Source: Candidatus Marinacidobacterales bacterium
Lineage (GTDB): Bacteria; Acidobacteriota; Vicinamibacteria; Marinacidobacterales; DATDRI01
NCBI GenBank assembly: GCA_965226495.1
Contig: OZ245365.1
Span: 736,001 to 800,000, forward strand
DNA: 64,000 nt
Direction of reading: 5' to 3'
This document shows positions 1 through 9,532 of the stretch, one piece after another; position 1 is the stretch's first letter, and each line of letters begins with the position of its first letter. The notes beneath the pieces are model-generated. The model had not been told where the DNA came from and did no database searches. It worked only from the letters and a program-made list of their open reading frames with translations. Both the position numbers and the translations under genes were made by a program.

Positions 1-481
1 AGACGCTATCCGGGCAAATCTTGTCGACGCGATGGTTGTTCAGCAGATCGTAAATGACGTTCTTCCTGAGTCCTGGGCCAAAGAGTCCCGGTAGTCTTAT
101 CACCGTGCTCTCGAACCGGTCACGGATGAACTCCTCCAACTCGAGGCGGTGCTTTCCATAAGAGGATCCCGCATCGTCTATTTTTGTATCTTCATCGACT
201 TGGATGGGACGGGGGTAGACGTCGATGGTGGAGAGCAGGATGACGTGATCGGCAGCGGCCTTCTTGAGCGAGGCGGTCAATAGCTCGAGGCTCGCGCGAT
301 CTACCGCCGGCTCCTGATTGGCCTTCCATTTTGCGCCCGGTGCCCCCGCGCAGACGATCAGGTTGTAGTGCTTGCCGCCTATGTCGCCGATGTTCGAAGA
401 ATTGTAGACGTCGTCGAAGCGAGCCTGGCTAAGGAGATTCCCGCCGACGAAGCCCGTGTGCCCAATGAGGGCGTTATGCAT
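1..481 (-). CDS. NAD(P)-dependent epimerase/dehydratase-like oxidoreductase (extended SDR), runs off the window edge
   Basis: Not in the ORF track. Manual translation from ATG at 481 gives MHNALIGHTGFVGGNLL...LIVCAGAPGAKWKAN...LLSTIDVY...YGKHR, with a GxxGxxG Rossmann motif and a YxxxR catalytic-type motif. The start overlaps the upstream stop (ATGCATAA). Confidence 0.85.
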   Translation of the reverse strand, partial: MHNALIGHTGFVGGNLLSQARFDDVYNSSNIGDIGGKHYNLIVCAGAPGAKWKANQEPAVDRASLELLTASLKKAAADHVILLSTIDVYPRPIQVDEDTKIDDAGSSYGKHRLELEEFIRDRFESTVIRLPGLFGPGLRKNVIYDLLNNHRVDKICPDSV

Positions 482-1334
482 TAGGCCCCCCCTTGCTATG
501 CGGCTCGATGGCTTTTCTTCCCTCTCCCAAGGGAGAGGGCGTCGGATCGTAGCGATGTCCGCAGGCGCGAAAGAGATCCCGTAGGACCGCCCAGTAGCCG
601 CCCAACCCTCGGATCTTGGTTGGAGTCGGGCCTTTCTCGGGATAGGTCCGGGTAACGGGGATTTCCTTGACGCGGTAGCCCAATCGCGCTGCGCGGATGG
701 CGAGGTAGTAGTGTAACTCGTAACCGGAAAAGACGTTTCTAAATACCGCCACCCGAGGGTCCTCGAGCAGTTGACGACTATAGCCCCGGAAGCCGTTGGT
801 CGTGTCGGTGTACTTGAAACCCGCCGCGAACGAGATGAGAGGCGCGTGAATGACTCTAATCGCCACCAGGCGCATCAAAGGGGTACGGACCGCCTGGCCT
901 CCTTCGATGAAGCGGGAACCTTGAAGGTAGTCGGACCCTTCCTTCAAAGCGTCGACGAATGATGGGAGGGCGCTTGGGTCGTCCTTGTTGTTCCCGTCCA
1001 TGGCTACCACGCCCTGGTACCCTTCGCGAAGTGCGTATCGAAAGGCCATCCGCATCTGCGCCCCGAGCCTTCCAGGGCCCGTCTTGACGAGGAGGGAACG
1101 CACGTTGCGAGACGCCAAATTCTCTCGCTCGACGGATCCATCGATGCTGCCTCCGTCCACGACGATGACGTCGATCTCGTCTGTAAGGGGGCGCATCTTG
1201 TCGAGTTGGGCGAGCAGTTTCTCTCCCTCGTTGATAACGAAGACTGCGACGCAAAACCGATGGCCCTTGGGGCGCAGCTCCTCGACTCGATGGTCCGGTA
1301 CCTCCCAGCCTTGCTCGTTGAGCTCTCCGGTCAC
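474..1334 (-). CDS. GT2 glycosyltransferase, DPM1-like polyprenyl-phosphate sugar synthase
   Basis: VVDGGSID, MDGNNKDD, GSRF and TDTTNGFRGY motifs. Confidence 0.9.
   Translation of the reverse strand: MTGELNEQGWEVPDHRVEELRPKGHRFCVAVFVINEGEKLLAQLDKMRPLTDEIDVIVVDGGSIDGSVERENLASRNVRSLLVKTGPGRLGAQMRMAFRYALREGYQGVVAMDGNNKDDPSALPSFVDALKEGSDYLQGSRFIEGGQAVRTPLMRLVAIRVIHAPLISFAAGFKYTDTTNGFRGYSRQLLEDPRVAVFRNVFSGYELHYYLAIRAARLGYRVKEIPVTRTYPEKGPTPTKIRGLGGYWAVLRDLFRACGHRYDPTPSPLGEGRKAIEPHSKGGPNA
520..539. repeat. REP-like palindrome CCCTCTCCC-AA-GGGAGAGGG inside the 3' end of the GT2 gene
   Basis: Perfect 9-bp stem. The same core occurs at 63476-63496. Confidence 0.7.
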
Positions 1335-1335
1335 G

Positions 1336-2322
1336 TCAATTCTCGGTCGATTCGGTGACGATGTTCTTGGCGTGCTCGTCTAGCGGGAGCACCGAGCTGT
1401 TGTTCTCATCCATGACGTAGTAGAGAGGGCGTCCCTGGCTTTCGTCGACGATGCGTCCAACGTACTCACAAAGCACTGCCAATATCAGAAAAAGAAACAG
1501 GAACATCACCGCGCCCTGGAGGGAGGTTGCGATGCCGTACCCGTTCCCGTGGAGCAGATACGAAGCCGTTAGGTAGAGGATGTAGGCCGCGTTCAGGGCC
1601 GCGATCGCGAGTCCTGCCCAGCTCGCCACGCGGAGCGGCTTTCGGGTGTTGGCAACGATGATGTTGATCGCGAGCCCGATCGCCTCCCCGAGGCTCTTTG
1701 TCCTTGGGGGCGAGCGTCTCTCGATGAGCTCGTATTCGAAGCTTCGGTTCTCGAAACCAACCTGCTGGCTGAGGGTGCGGAGGTACCTGCCGCGGTCTCT
1801 TATTTGGATGAGTGCGTTCACGACCCGGCGGCTCAATACCCGAAAGTGAGTGGAATTCTTTTGAAGGTTGAGCCGCAGAACGGCGTTGCAAAACCCGTAG
1901 AAGAGGGAAGCTCCTGCTTTCAAGAACCATGGATCGGTGGCCCGTGACTTCCGGATACCGAAGACCATCTCCGCTCCACTCCGTGCTTGGTTGACCATTT
2001 CGGATACCAGGCTCGGCGGGTCGGTGTCGGGAAGCATCACCACAACGAAGTCGCCGATCACGGAATCGAGGCCGGCGGATATCGCGATCTCCTGGCCGAA
2101 TCGTCGTGACAATCGGATGAGGCGGATCCGTGGATGTTTTGAGAGCAGGGCATTGACTTTGGCCACCGTCTCGTCGGTCGATCCATCATCGACGAGCACC
2201 ATCTCGTAAACGGCAAAATTGCTTTTGAGAGCATCCGCCAACTCGCCAACGAAGGAGTCGATGATATCGGAATCGTTGTGTAGGGGAACGATTGCCGAGA
2301 TGACACAGTCCGGATCGGTCAT
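1336..2322 (-). CDS. GT2 glycosyltransferase, GtrB/ArnC-like with two C-terminal TM helices
   Basis: VDDGSTD, LSRRFGQEIAISAGL, two hydrophobic C-terminal helices and EYVGRI..RPLY. Confidence 0.9.
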   Translation of the reverse strand: MTDPDCVISAIVPLHNDSDIIDSFVGELADALKSNFAVYEMVLVDDGSTDETVAKVNALLSKHPRIRLIRLSRRFGQEIAISAGLDSVIGDFVVVMLPDTDPPSLVSEMVNQARSGAEMVFGIRKSRATDPWFLKAGASLFYGFCNAVLRLNLQKNSTHFRVLSRRVVNALIQIRDRGRYLRTLSQQVGFENRSFEYELIERRSPPRTKSLGEAIGLAINIIVANTRKPLRVASWAGLAIAALNAAYILYLTASYLLHGNGYGIATSLQGAVMFLFLFLILAVLCEYVGRIVDESQGRPLYYVMDENNSSVLPLDEHAKNIVTESTEN

Positions 2323-2332
2323 CGGTTATCGG

Positions 2333-3469
2333 TTATCCTCCCCCCGCCGCGATCGTGTCGTTGGTGAAGTCGATCATATCGTACACGTTGTCGATCTTGG
2401 AGCCCATGATGCAGGTCAAGCCCTTCAACCCGTAGTTTTCCTTGAACAGAATCGGCCGGCTGTCGTCGACCTCGCTGCGCGGCAAGACCGCCTTGAGCTC
2501 CCAAATCGAATCGACGTAGCGAGATTCCTTGAGGAGCGGCAGGTATCGGCTCGCGTCCTTTACCATCTCGACGAAATGGGTTTCTTTCTGCATTCGGTCG
2601 AATAGTTCGTAAGGATCTCTATCGAACTTCTCGGGACCGTCGTGCCACTCGCAATGTGGCGTATACCGAACGTGGCTGAACGAATGCAATCCGCGAGGAG
2701 GAAACGGGATGACCGAAAAGAAAGGCCCGCACATGACGGTGACTCCCGTTTTGCGCAACGGCTCGGGAACCTCGACCAAGGCTAACTCTGCCAGCTCGTA
2801 TTTGAGCGCAAGAGGAGGCAGGTCGGACGCGGCAAGGAGCCGGTTCATTCGGGAATAGGTGCAGTTGAAGACCCGCCCAGACGTCGTCTTCGAGAGCGTC
2901 CCGCCCGAGGATAGGCTGACCGCCAGCCAACCGCTCGGAAGTCGCTCAACCCGCTCGGCCGCGGTTCCTAGTCGGACCTCCACGCCACTCGCGTCCAGCT
3001 TGTCGGTCAAACGCTTCCTCAGCTTCACCGCGTCGAAAGCAACTTCGCAGACTTCGAAAACGTCCTCGATTAGATTGGAGTTGAACAATCTCCGGATTTC
3101 GACCGGGGCGGTATCGATCGGCGCCCCGATACGTTGGCAGAAGAGTTTGAACTGCGTCGCGGTGACTTTCGAGAACAACCGCCCGATGGCGTAGTAGCTG
3201 GTGAAACGATCATCGATACAATCTCGATAGTCTCCGAGGAATCGCTCGAAGTTCACGCGAGAGCGGTAGCCGGTCAATAGGCTCCGCGGATAGTGGTACC
3301 CGTGGTGCACGCGCGCCTGATTGACATAAGACGCCCGGGCGAGGAGCTTGGTGCTCGCTTCTACGAGCAGCGTTCGCTGTCCGAGGGCATGTCGAAGGTG
3401 TTGGGCCAAGACGCAGCCGTAGAAGCCGCCCCCCACGACAATAGTGTCATAGTCAGGCTTGGAGTTCAC
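2333..3469 (-). CDS. FAD-dependent oxidoreductase (DAO-like)
   Basis: VVGGGFYG dinucleotide-binding motif, ASYVNQARVHHGYHYPRS and C-terminal GSKIDNVYD. Confidence 0.88.
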   Translation of the reverse strand: MNSKPDYDTIVVGGGFYGCVLAQHLRHALGQRTLLVEASTKLLARASYVNQARVHHGYHYPRSLLTGYRSRVNFERFLGDYRDCIDDRFTSYYAIGRLFSKVTATQFKLFCQRIGAPIDTAPVEIRRLFNSNLIEDVFEVCEVAFDAVKLRKRLTDKLDASGVEVRLGTAAERVERLPSGWLAVSLSSGGTLSKTTSGRVFNCTYSRMNRLLAASDLPPLALKYELAELALVEVPEPLRKTGVTVMCGPFFSVIPFPPRGLHSFSHVRYTPHCEWHDGPEKFDRDPYELFDRMQKETHFVEMVKDASRYLPLLKESRYVDSIWELKAVLPRSEVDDSRPILFKENYGLKGLTCIMGSKIDNVYDMIDFTNDTIAAGGG

Positions 3470-3601
3470 GGTGAGGGCTCCCGTCCACTCTGGATGTGTG
3501 CGGTTGTCGTTACGAAATGCACACGAGGAGGCGCCGCTCCACCCGAAATCTTCGTTTCACCGCAAACAATTGTGCTATACTTCGCGCTCGGCAACAAGCC
3601 A

Positions 3602-5812
3602 TTGCTGATCCCTTCTCATCGCACGGTCCTCTACGCGTTTTGGGTGTGCGTCTGCATTTTCCTGCTTTTCTTTCCGCTCTCTTCTAATCCGACGACTTTT
3701 CTGCCCGACGACGGGGACGCGCTGCAGGGGCTTTATGTGCAATCGTGGGTGGCTCACCAGTTTCCGAAGGCGCCGTTAGAAATCTTCGATAGCAACTTCT
3801 ACTACCCCCATCCCACCGGCCTAGTCTACTCGGAGCATCTGATCCCTCAGGGGCTGGTAGTCGCGCTTCTGATGAAACTGGGGGCCAATCTCATATTAGC
3901 GAACAACCTGGTGCTGGCGCTCACGCTGCTCATGATCGCGCTTTTCGTCAGGTTGTGGGCCCGTGAGCTCGGAGTTGGCGAAACGGGAGCCGCGGTGGCG
4001 GGGGTCGTTTGTGCGCTCAGTACGTTCACGCTTCTTCAAGCGTCTCGCGTCCAGATCTTGTCGATGCAGTGGATCCCCCTATGCCTTTTTTTCCTTCACC
4101 GGTTTTTCAGGAGAGGTCGTTGGTTGGATGCCGCAGCTTTCGCCGCTTGTTTCGTCTTGCTGGGGCTTTCGTGTCAGTACTACCTCATTTCGTTTCCCCT
4201 CTTCTTAGTTCCGGTGGTTGCCGGGTACGTCTATTTGTTTCCAGACCGGCGAAATCTTCGGGACGCATTCCGGCTCGGGGTGCCATTGTTCTTCGGCTGC
4301 CTACTTTTGGTTCCTGTAGAGCTCCCATACCTGAAGATATTTCACCACTACGGGTTCGAGCGCGCCCTGTCCGAAGGCCCGGACCTTGCTTACCATCTCT
4401 TGCCTCCGCCCGATAATTTCCTGTACGGCTGGCTCACCAAGGGGATGTTTAAGGATTTGCCGGGCAATCACCATTTCATCGGATACTTGACGATGGTACT
4501 GGCTGTGCTCGGCGCCGCATTCCTCCTAAGAAGGAGAAACGACGCTGGACCTCGCAGTTATCGGTGGTTGATTGCTTGGATCGCGTCTTGGGGAGTCTTC
4601 TTCCTCATTCTTTCCGCTGGAGCCGAGGTGAAGTTCATGGGACGGGGTCTCGGCCCGGGTCCATTCGGCCTACTCTTCGACTACGTTCCGTTTTTCCAAT
4701 ACACGCGAGTTCCGGAGCGGCTATCCGTCTATTTCACGTTCGGCCTCGCATTGCTCGCCGGTGCAGGAGCTTCGGTGCTTTCGAAACGACTGGTCCGCTG
4801 GCCCCGGGCAAAGACCGTTCTGCCGTTGATACTCCTGGCTTTGATTCCGTTGGAGCATGCACGCCGTAACGTGTATGCGCGGATCCCCACCGAAGACGAA
4901 ATCCCTGCCGTCTACCATTGGCTGGCCGAGCTCCCGGAAGATTTTCCGGTGGTCGAGTTCCCGGTGTACGACCGAAGGTTCTTACGTTTCTACGGCTACG
5001 AGACCTATTTCTCCACGGTTCACTGGAAACGCGTTCCGTTCGGGAAACCGAGTTTCAAACCGCCCGCCATGGAGTACATGCTTTGGACCTGGCGCGATTT
5101 TCCTTCGAGCGAAGGCACACGTCTTCTGCAGTCGTTGGGGGTTCGCTACATCATTTATCATCCCCGTCGCGATCCCAACGCCGCCAGAGTTAATCGGCGA
5201 CTCCGGCAGGATCCGAACTTCGAATTCGTTCGCCAATTTCCTCGAGCGATGCGAATCGCCAGGCGGCTACGTTATGGCGAAGAGATGGTGTTCCGCGTGC
5301 TCCCCGCTTCCGAGCCCCTTTCACCACCCCCACAAGTCGAAGAGCGGCTTCGGGCGATACCGCGAGACGCGTGGGAGTTCAAGACGTCCTCACAATCGGA
5401 TGCACGCCTAGCCGTGGACGGCAGTCTGGAAACGAGTTGGAGCAGCGGCAAGGGGCAGGAAAAAGGGCAATTCTTCGAGATCGATCTCGAGGGAGAGTAT
5501 CGAGTGTCCAAGATCTCGCTAGGATTCAGTTTTCCTTACGGGCATTTTCCGCGCTCGCTCGCGGTCAATGGCTTTCATCCGTCACATCGATGGAGGCGTC
5601 TCGAGCTCGAGGAAGATCCATGGCAGAGCGCACGTTTAGTGCGACGTCTGGTTGAGAACCCCAAAGAGGCGACGATGGATGTCGTACTGCGAGAGCCCCA
5701 ACTATTGGAGAGATTACGGCTCTTCATACGCGAGGCAGATCCGAGCGACGTCGGACCTGTTTGGCGCATCCCGGAGGTCCAAGTCTTCGAGGCTCTGCCG
5801 CATCATCGATGA
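3602..5812 (+). CDS. Multi-TM GT-C-like membrane glycosyltransferase with C-terminal F5/8 type C (discoidin) domain
   Basis: About 12 hydrophobic segments, an acidic first loop (PDDGDAL), RVPER, and a C-terminal AVDGSLETSWSS...FFEIDL...IPEVQVF discoidin pattern. Start moved from 3293, which overlaps the divergent gene, to an in-frame TTG; the start is uncertain. Confidence 0.75.
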   Translation: MLIPSHRTVLYAFWVCVCIFLLFFPLSSNPTTFLPDDGDALQGLYVQSWVAHQFPKAPLEIFDSNFYYPHPTGLVYSEHLIPQGLVVALLMKLGANLILANNLVLALTLLMIALFVRLWARELGVGETGAAVAGVVCALSTFTLLQASRVQILSMQWIPLCLFFLHRFFRRGRWLDAAAFAACFVLLGLSCQYYLISFPLFLVPVVAGYVYLFPDRRNLRDAFRLGVPLFFGCLLLVPVELPYLKIFHHYGFERALSEGPDLAYHLLPPPDNFLYGWLTKGMFKDLPGNHHFIGYLTMVLAVLGAAFLLRRRNDAGPRSYRWLIAWIASWGVFFLILSAGAEVKFMGRGLGPGPFGLLFDYVPFFQYTRVPERLSVYFTFGLALLAGAGASVLSKRLVRWPRAKTVLPLILLALIPLEHARRNVYARIPTEDEIPAVYHWLAELPEDFPVVEFPVYDRRFLRFYGYETYFSTVHWKRVPFGKPSFKPPAMEYMLWTWRDFPSSEGTRLLQSLGVRYIIYHPRRDPNAARVNRRLRQDPNFEFVRQFPRAMRIARRLRYGEEMVFRVLPASEPLSPPPQVEERLRAIPRDAWEFKTSSQSDARLAVDGSLETSWSSGKGQEKGQFFEIDLEGEYRVSKISLGFSFPYGHFPRSLAVNGFHPSHRWRRLELEEDPWQSARLVRRLVENPKEATMDVVLREPQLLERLRLFIREADPSDVGPVWRIPEVQVFEALPHHR

Positions 5813-5972
5813 GCCATTTGTCCACTGGTGGGGGATCCTCCTAGACTCGGCTTTCCCTGCGTTATACTCGCCATCGATTTGATGCTGGCTTCCTTCTCCC
5901 CGTAGCGAGACTACGGCCGTCAAAATACGCGATGCCAAAGATAAACGTGGCCAGACGACGGGTGAGGGGCTC

Positions 5973-7661
5973 ATGTTGAGAGAGCTGGTGACACTCTGGC
6001 CGGGCGGTCCGGCCATGACCTTTGCCAGCTACTTCGTTACCTTCAAGTATGTTTTCACCGTCGCTTTCCTTTGCTGGGCGATCGGCATTCTCCGATGGCC
6101 GAATCGATGGTGGCTGTTCGGCGGTTCGCTCTTGCTCGCTGCGTTGGCGTGGACTGTCTTAGAGCTCCCTCTGGGACGCCCTTACGGCGTCGTCGAAGGT
6201 GAGCAAGGGCTTTCCGCCCTAGCGCAGCCGATGGTGGCGGCCGCTCGAGGGACGGCCGCAGATGGATGGATGGTCCATCAGCCGAACCCGCAACCACTTT
6301 GGAGCCTCGTTCTGGCCTTTGCGTCGGGCTTCGATCCCGGGCGGCTCTTTTCTTTTTACGACTTCATTCCATTGGTGGGGATGATCTTCCTCGCCTCGGC
6401 CGTTTTCTGGTTCATGGGTGCGTTTGACGACGAGGAATCGACTGGGCTTGCGAGAGGGCTCGCAGTATTCTTCGTTCTATTCCTCAGCTCGACACGGTTG
6501 AGCTTTCTTGAAACTCCCGGGCCATTTTGGCTCGACGTCTTTGGCCAGCGGCCGCACTTGGCCTTCGCTCTGGGGCTGCTCGTCATATGGCTCAAGCTGC
6601 TCGGGGGAGCTCGTCGGCTTCCGTCCTTTCTGGGAGCAGGCGCTCTGCTTGGACTCATCGCGTGGATGGAGCCCCGCGTCGCGGCACCAGCCGTTCTCGG
6701 CGCTATCGCGTGGGTGGTGGTGAGCCGCGGGATTTCGACCGCAGGCTGGAAGACCGGAGTGACTCTGACGGTTGGAGCCCTCTTGTTTCTTCCGTGGTCC
6801 AAAGTTCTCGAGCCAGCCGGGGCTCCCCTCGAGACGGGCGCCTTGTACTTCGCGTTCGACCACTTTCTTGGTCTTACAATGGACAAAGGGCTGGTTTTTT
6901 ATCTCGCGGTGTTCGCCCTAGTCCGTATGGTCCGTGGCGGCAGGGCTACGGAAGTCCTTTTCGTGAGTCAGGTTGGAACGGTGTTGGTTCTGGCAACGGT
7001 ATCGTTTCTGACCCCGAGCGTCGCTTCATGGACCGACATCCGGATTGTCGGTGCTACGTTGAATCTCTTGCTCGCGATGGCAGCGGGGCGAGGTGCTTGC
7101 TGTCTCGTGGAATGGCTGGAGCAAAGCCTCGGGGGCGGTCCGATCGGCACGAGGTATTTCAAAAACGTTTCGCTTCACGCCTTGGGAATGACTGCGGTGG
7201 TGGTTTTCTCGCTGCCGTGGGCTTTCCCATACTGGTGGCATCCGGTACTGATGGATCCAGTCTATGTTCGGAGTGTTGAGCCGGTCGCTCCGCAGTTCGG
7301 CCCCCTGGTCTCTTGGATCGGAACGGAAACCGAGCCCGATGCCGTTTTCGTTGCCGGACCTAGCTACTCATCTTGGATACCGGCGCTGAGCGGAAGGCGA
7401 GTCTTAATCGTCGAACGGGCCGTTGTCCCTCCGTCGGATCTGGACGAGCGGCGGCAAGCCGAGTCCTGGTTCGCCGAATCAGAGGATCCGGCCAGAATTC
7501 GCGGCGCCGCGTCTCGGTGGAGCCTGACGCACCTGGCAGGGGGCCGCCTCGACAAAGACGCGCAGCTACAAGTGGACCACACGTTCTTCGAAGAAAGTCG
7601 GGACTTCTCGCTGGTTTGGCAGCAAGGGCGTTGGATTCGGGTCTTCAAATACCAGCGCTAG
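5973..7661 (+). CDS. Multi-TM GT-C-like membrane protein (paralog of 32772-34511)
   Basis: Many TM segments and a C-terminal soluble domain with WIPALSGRRV; aligns by eye to the 579-aa ORF. Confidence 0.7.
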   Translation: MLRELVTLWPGGPAMTFASYFVTFKYVFTVAFLCWAIGILRWPNRWWLFGGSLLLAALAWTVLELPLGRPYGVVEGEQGLSALAQPMVAAARGTAADGWMVHQPNPQPLWSLVLAFASGFDPGRLFSFYDFIPLVGMIFLASAVFWFMGAFDDEESTGLARGLAVFFVLFLSSTRLSFLETPGPFWLDVFGQRPHLAFALGLLVIWLKLLGGARRLPSFLGAGALLGLIAWMEPRVAAPAVLGAIAWVVVSRGISTAGWKTGVTLTVGALLFLPWSKVLEPAGAPLETGALYFAFDHFLGLTMDKGLVFYLAVFALVRMVRGGRATEVLFVSQVGTVLVLATVSFLTPSVASWTDIRIVGATLNLLLAMAAGRGACCLVEWLEQSLGGGPIGTRYFKNVSLHALGMTAVVVFSLPWAFPYWWHPVLMDPVYVRSVEPVAPQFGPLVSWIGTETEPDAVFVAGPSYSSWIPALSGRRVLIVERAVVPPSDLDERRQAESWFAESEDPARIRGAASRWSLTHLAGGRLDKDAQLQVDHTFFEESRDFSLVWQQGRWIRVFKYQR

Positions 7662-9532
7662 CGCGAGAGGCCGGCCAGGGAACAAAAAGTCTGCAGGTCG
7701 GCGCGGTACCTCACCGCCCAGACAATTATCAACCCGGCGACAATCATCACCGCGGCGATCTTGCCGGCTCGATTTCGTTTTGCGAGCTCGAGGATGCTGG
7801 CGCTCGCGGAGATCGCAATCAGGGGACCCACAAAGAGTATCTCCTTTAAGTCTTTGAACAGGCCGCCCGATAGACCCCTCAAGCCCAGGAGGAAGACAAA
7901 GGTCAAGAAGTAGGCGAGCATGGGACGGAAGACGCTAGGTTCGCGCCGACGATACACGAGGATCATTCCTACCACGGCAAGAGCCCAGTATCCGACGTCG
8001 TAGAAGATGAGTGGCCGGCGTAAGGCTGCCGCAAAGCCAGCGCTTGCCCCGCCCTCCAGGGTTGGCAGACCGGAGTTTCCGAGGGTGGGCACTATCTCGG
8101 TCAGAAACGTCCATGTGAAAGACGAGTAAAGCACTGCGATGGCAATGATGGCGGCAACTGCGCCGACGAGGAGCGGCCCCAGCCGTCGCTGTAGCGCCGC
8201 GAAAAGAGAAGTGAACGGGGCCAAGGTAAATAGGCTCGAGACATAGGTGAGGAAAGAAGCGAGAGAGAGCCCGCCAAACACGAGGAGTCCACGAAGGCTG
8301 GAGGGCGATCGGGCGAGCAGCGCCGCCGATGTGATCGTCAGCACGTCGAGAAGGTGACCCCATGTGGTCGGCCACATCGCAAGGAAGAGGCGGTTGTACA
8401 TGACGGGAAGAAAAGCCGCTAGAAGCGCAGCCAGTATCCCATTGCCAGATCCCAGCCAGATCGTAGCCAGCCAGTAAACGACGATGGTCTGCGCCGCCGC
8501 CGCGGCGAGAGCCGCGTATTTGAGCGCCTCGTCGACCTGCGCACGATCGCGCAGTCCGGTGAAGGGTAGATAGAAAAGCGGCGAGTAGGGAAAGGCGTAG
8601 CGTTTGCCTCCCACGTTGCGAGGGTAGGCGATGTTGCTCTTTTCTTGAGCCGCCACTCCCCGTGCCTCGAGGCTAACTCCTTCAGACGGGAATGCTAGGA
8701 CATATCGTCCGTGCGTCAGCACGTCGGGGGAGAAGAAGCTGGGGTAAAAAATGGCTGCGCCTTTCAGTAGATAGCCCACCATGAATAACAACGGAAGCCA
8801 ACGTCGGTCCTCGGCTTCGGAGATGAAGCGGCTGAGGACGATGGTGACTCCGCCGAGCAACACCGCGCGCGAGGCGATCTTGTCACTCACGTGCGCCACC
8901 CCAAAGGGATCCACCGCGAACCAGGTAGCCTGAATGGCGGACAGAATGAAGGCGGCGGTGAAAGCATGCGACAAGCGAAGGCCGGAAAGAAGGCAAACTA
9001 GGAAGAGACCTGCGACCAGCAGGCGCGGTGGCCAGAAGTCGAGCGGTAGTCTAGCTCTCGTTCCTTCGAAGCGGATCCAGTCGACGGCGATTCCAAGCCT
9101 TTCGGGCGCGGGATCTTCGGTCAGTAGCTCTACCCGTACAGGATTTCCGTTGAAGCGAACCGGAAGCCTCTGGATACGAAATCTCCCCGGGCGCGCTTCG
9201 AACGAACCGGCCGGTTGACCATCCACGAAGAGACGTACTCGCGCCATTCCATCGAGAAAACGCCCGTAGCGGAGGACTACGGCACCTTCGCCCTGCGAGC
9301 TCAGGAGGAAAGTGGACACAGAGGCCGTCTCGTGCGTCCACCGAAAGCTGACGCCAGGGCGTTCCTCACTCTCAGCGAATCCCGAAAGGTAGTCTTCGGT
9401 GGAGGGGCCGATGTCGACGTCCACCGGACCCCCAGCACGACTCGCCAGCAAGAGCAGCGTTTCGCTGAAAACGAGCAGTGCGATGCAGGCGACTCCGAGC
9501 CGCGACCAATGTCTAAGGGGTCGTCTGCTCAT
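7658..9532 (-). CDS. Multi-TM GT-C-like membrane protein with N-terminal extracytoplasmic beta-sandwich domain
   Basis: Start reassigned to MSRRPLRHW (ATG at 9532). A TM helix, then a beta-rich domain (GFAESE..SFRWT..LGIAVDWIRF), then PDVLTH..FPYSPLFY and about 10 TMs. Confidence 0.7.
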   Translation of the reverse strand: MSRRPLRHWSRLGVACIALLVFSETLLLLASRAGGPVDVDIGPSTEDYLSGFAESEERPGVSFRWTHETASVSTFLLSSQGEGAVVLRYGRFLDGMARVRLFVDGQPAGSFEARPGRFRIQRLPVRFNGNPVRVELLTEDPAPERLGIAVDWIRFEGTRARLPLDFWPPRLLVAGLFLVCLLSGLRLSHAFTAAFILSAIQATWFAVDPFGVAHVSDKIASRAVLLGGVTIVLSRFISEAEDRRWLPLLFMVGYLLKGAAIFYPSFFSPDVLTHGRYVLAFPSEGVSLEARGVAAQEKSNIAYPRNVGGKRYAFPYSPLFYLPFTGLRDRAQVDEALKYAALAAAAAQTIVVYWLATIWLGSGNGILAALLAAFLPVMYNRLFLAMWPTTWGHLLDVLTITSAALLARSPSSLRGLLVFGGLSLASFLTYVSSLFTLAPFTSLFAALQRRLGPLLVGAVAAIIAIAVLYSSFTWTFLTEIVPTLGNSGLPTLEGGASAGFAAALRRPLIFYDVGYWALAVVGMILVYRRREPSVFRPMLAYFLTFVFLLGLRGLSGGLFKDLKEILFVGPLIAISASASILELAKRNRAGKIAAVMIVAGLIIVWAVRYRADLQTFCSLAGLSR

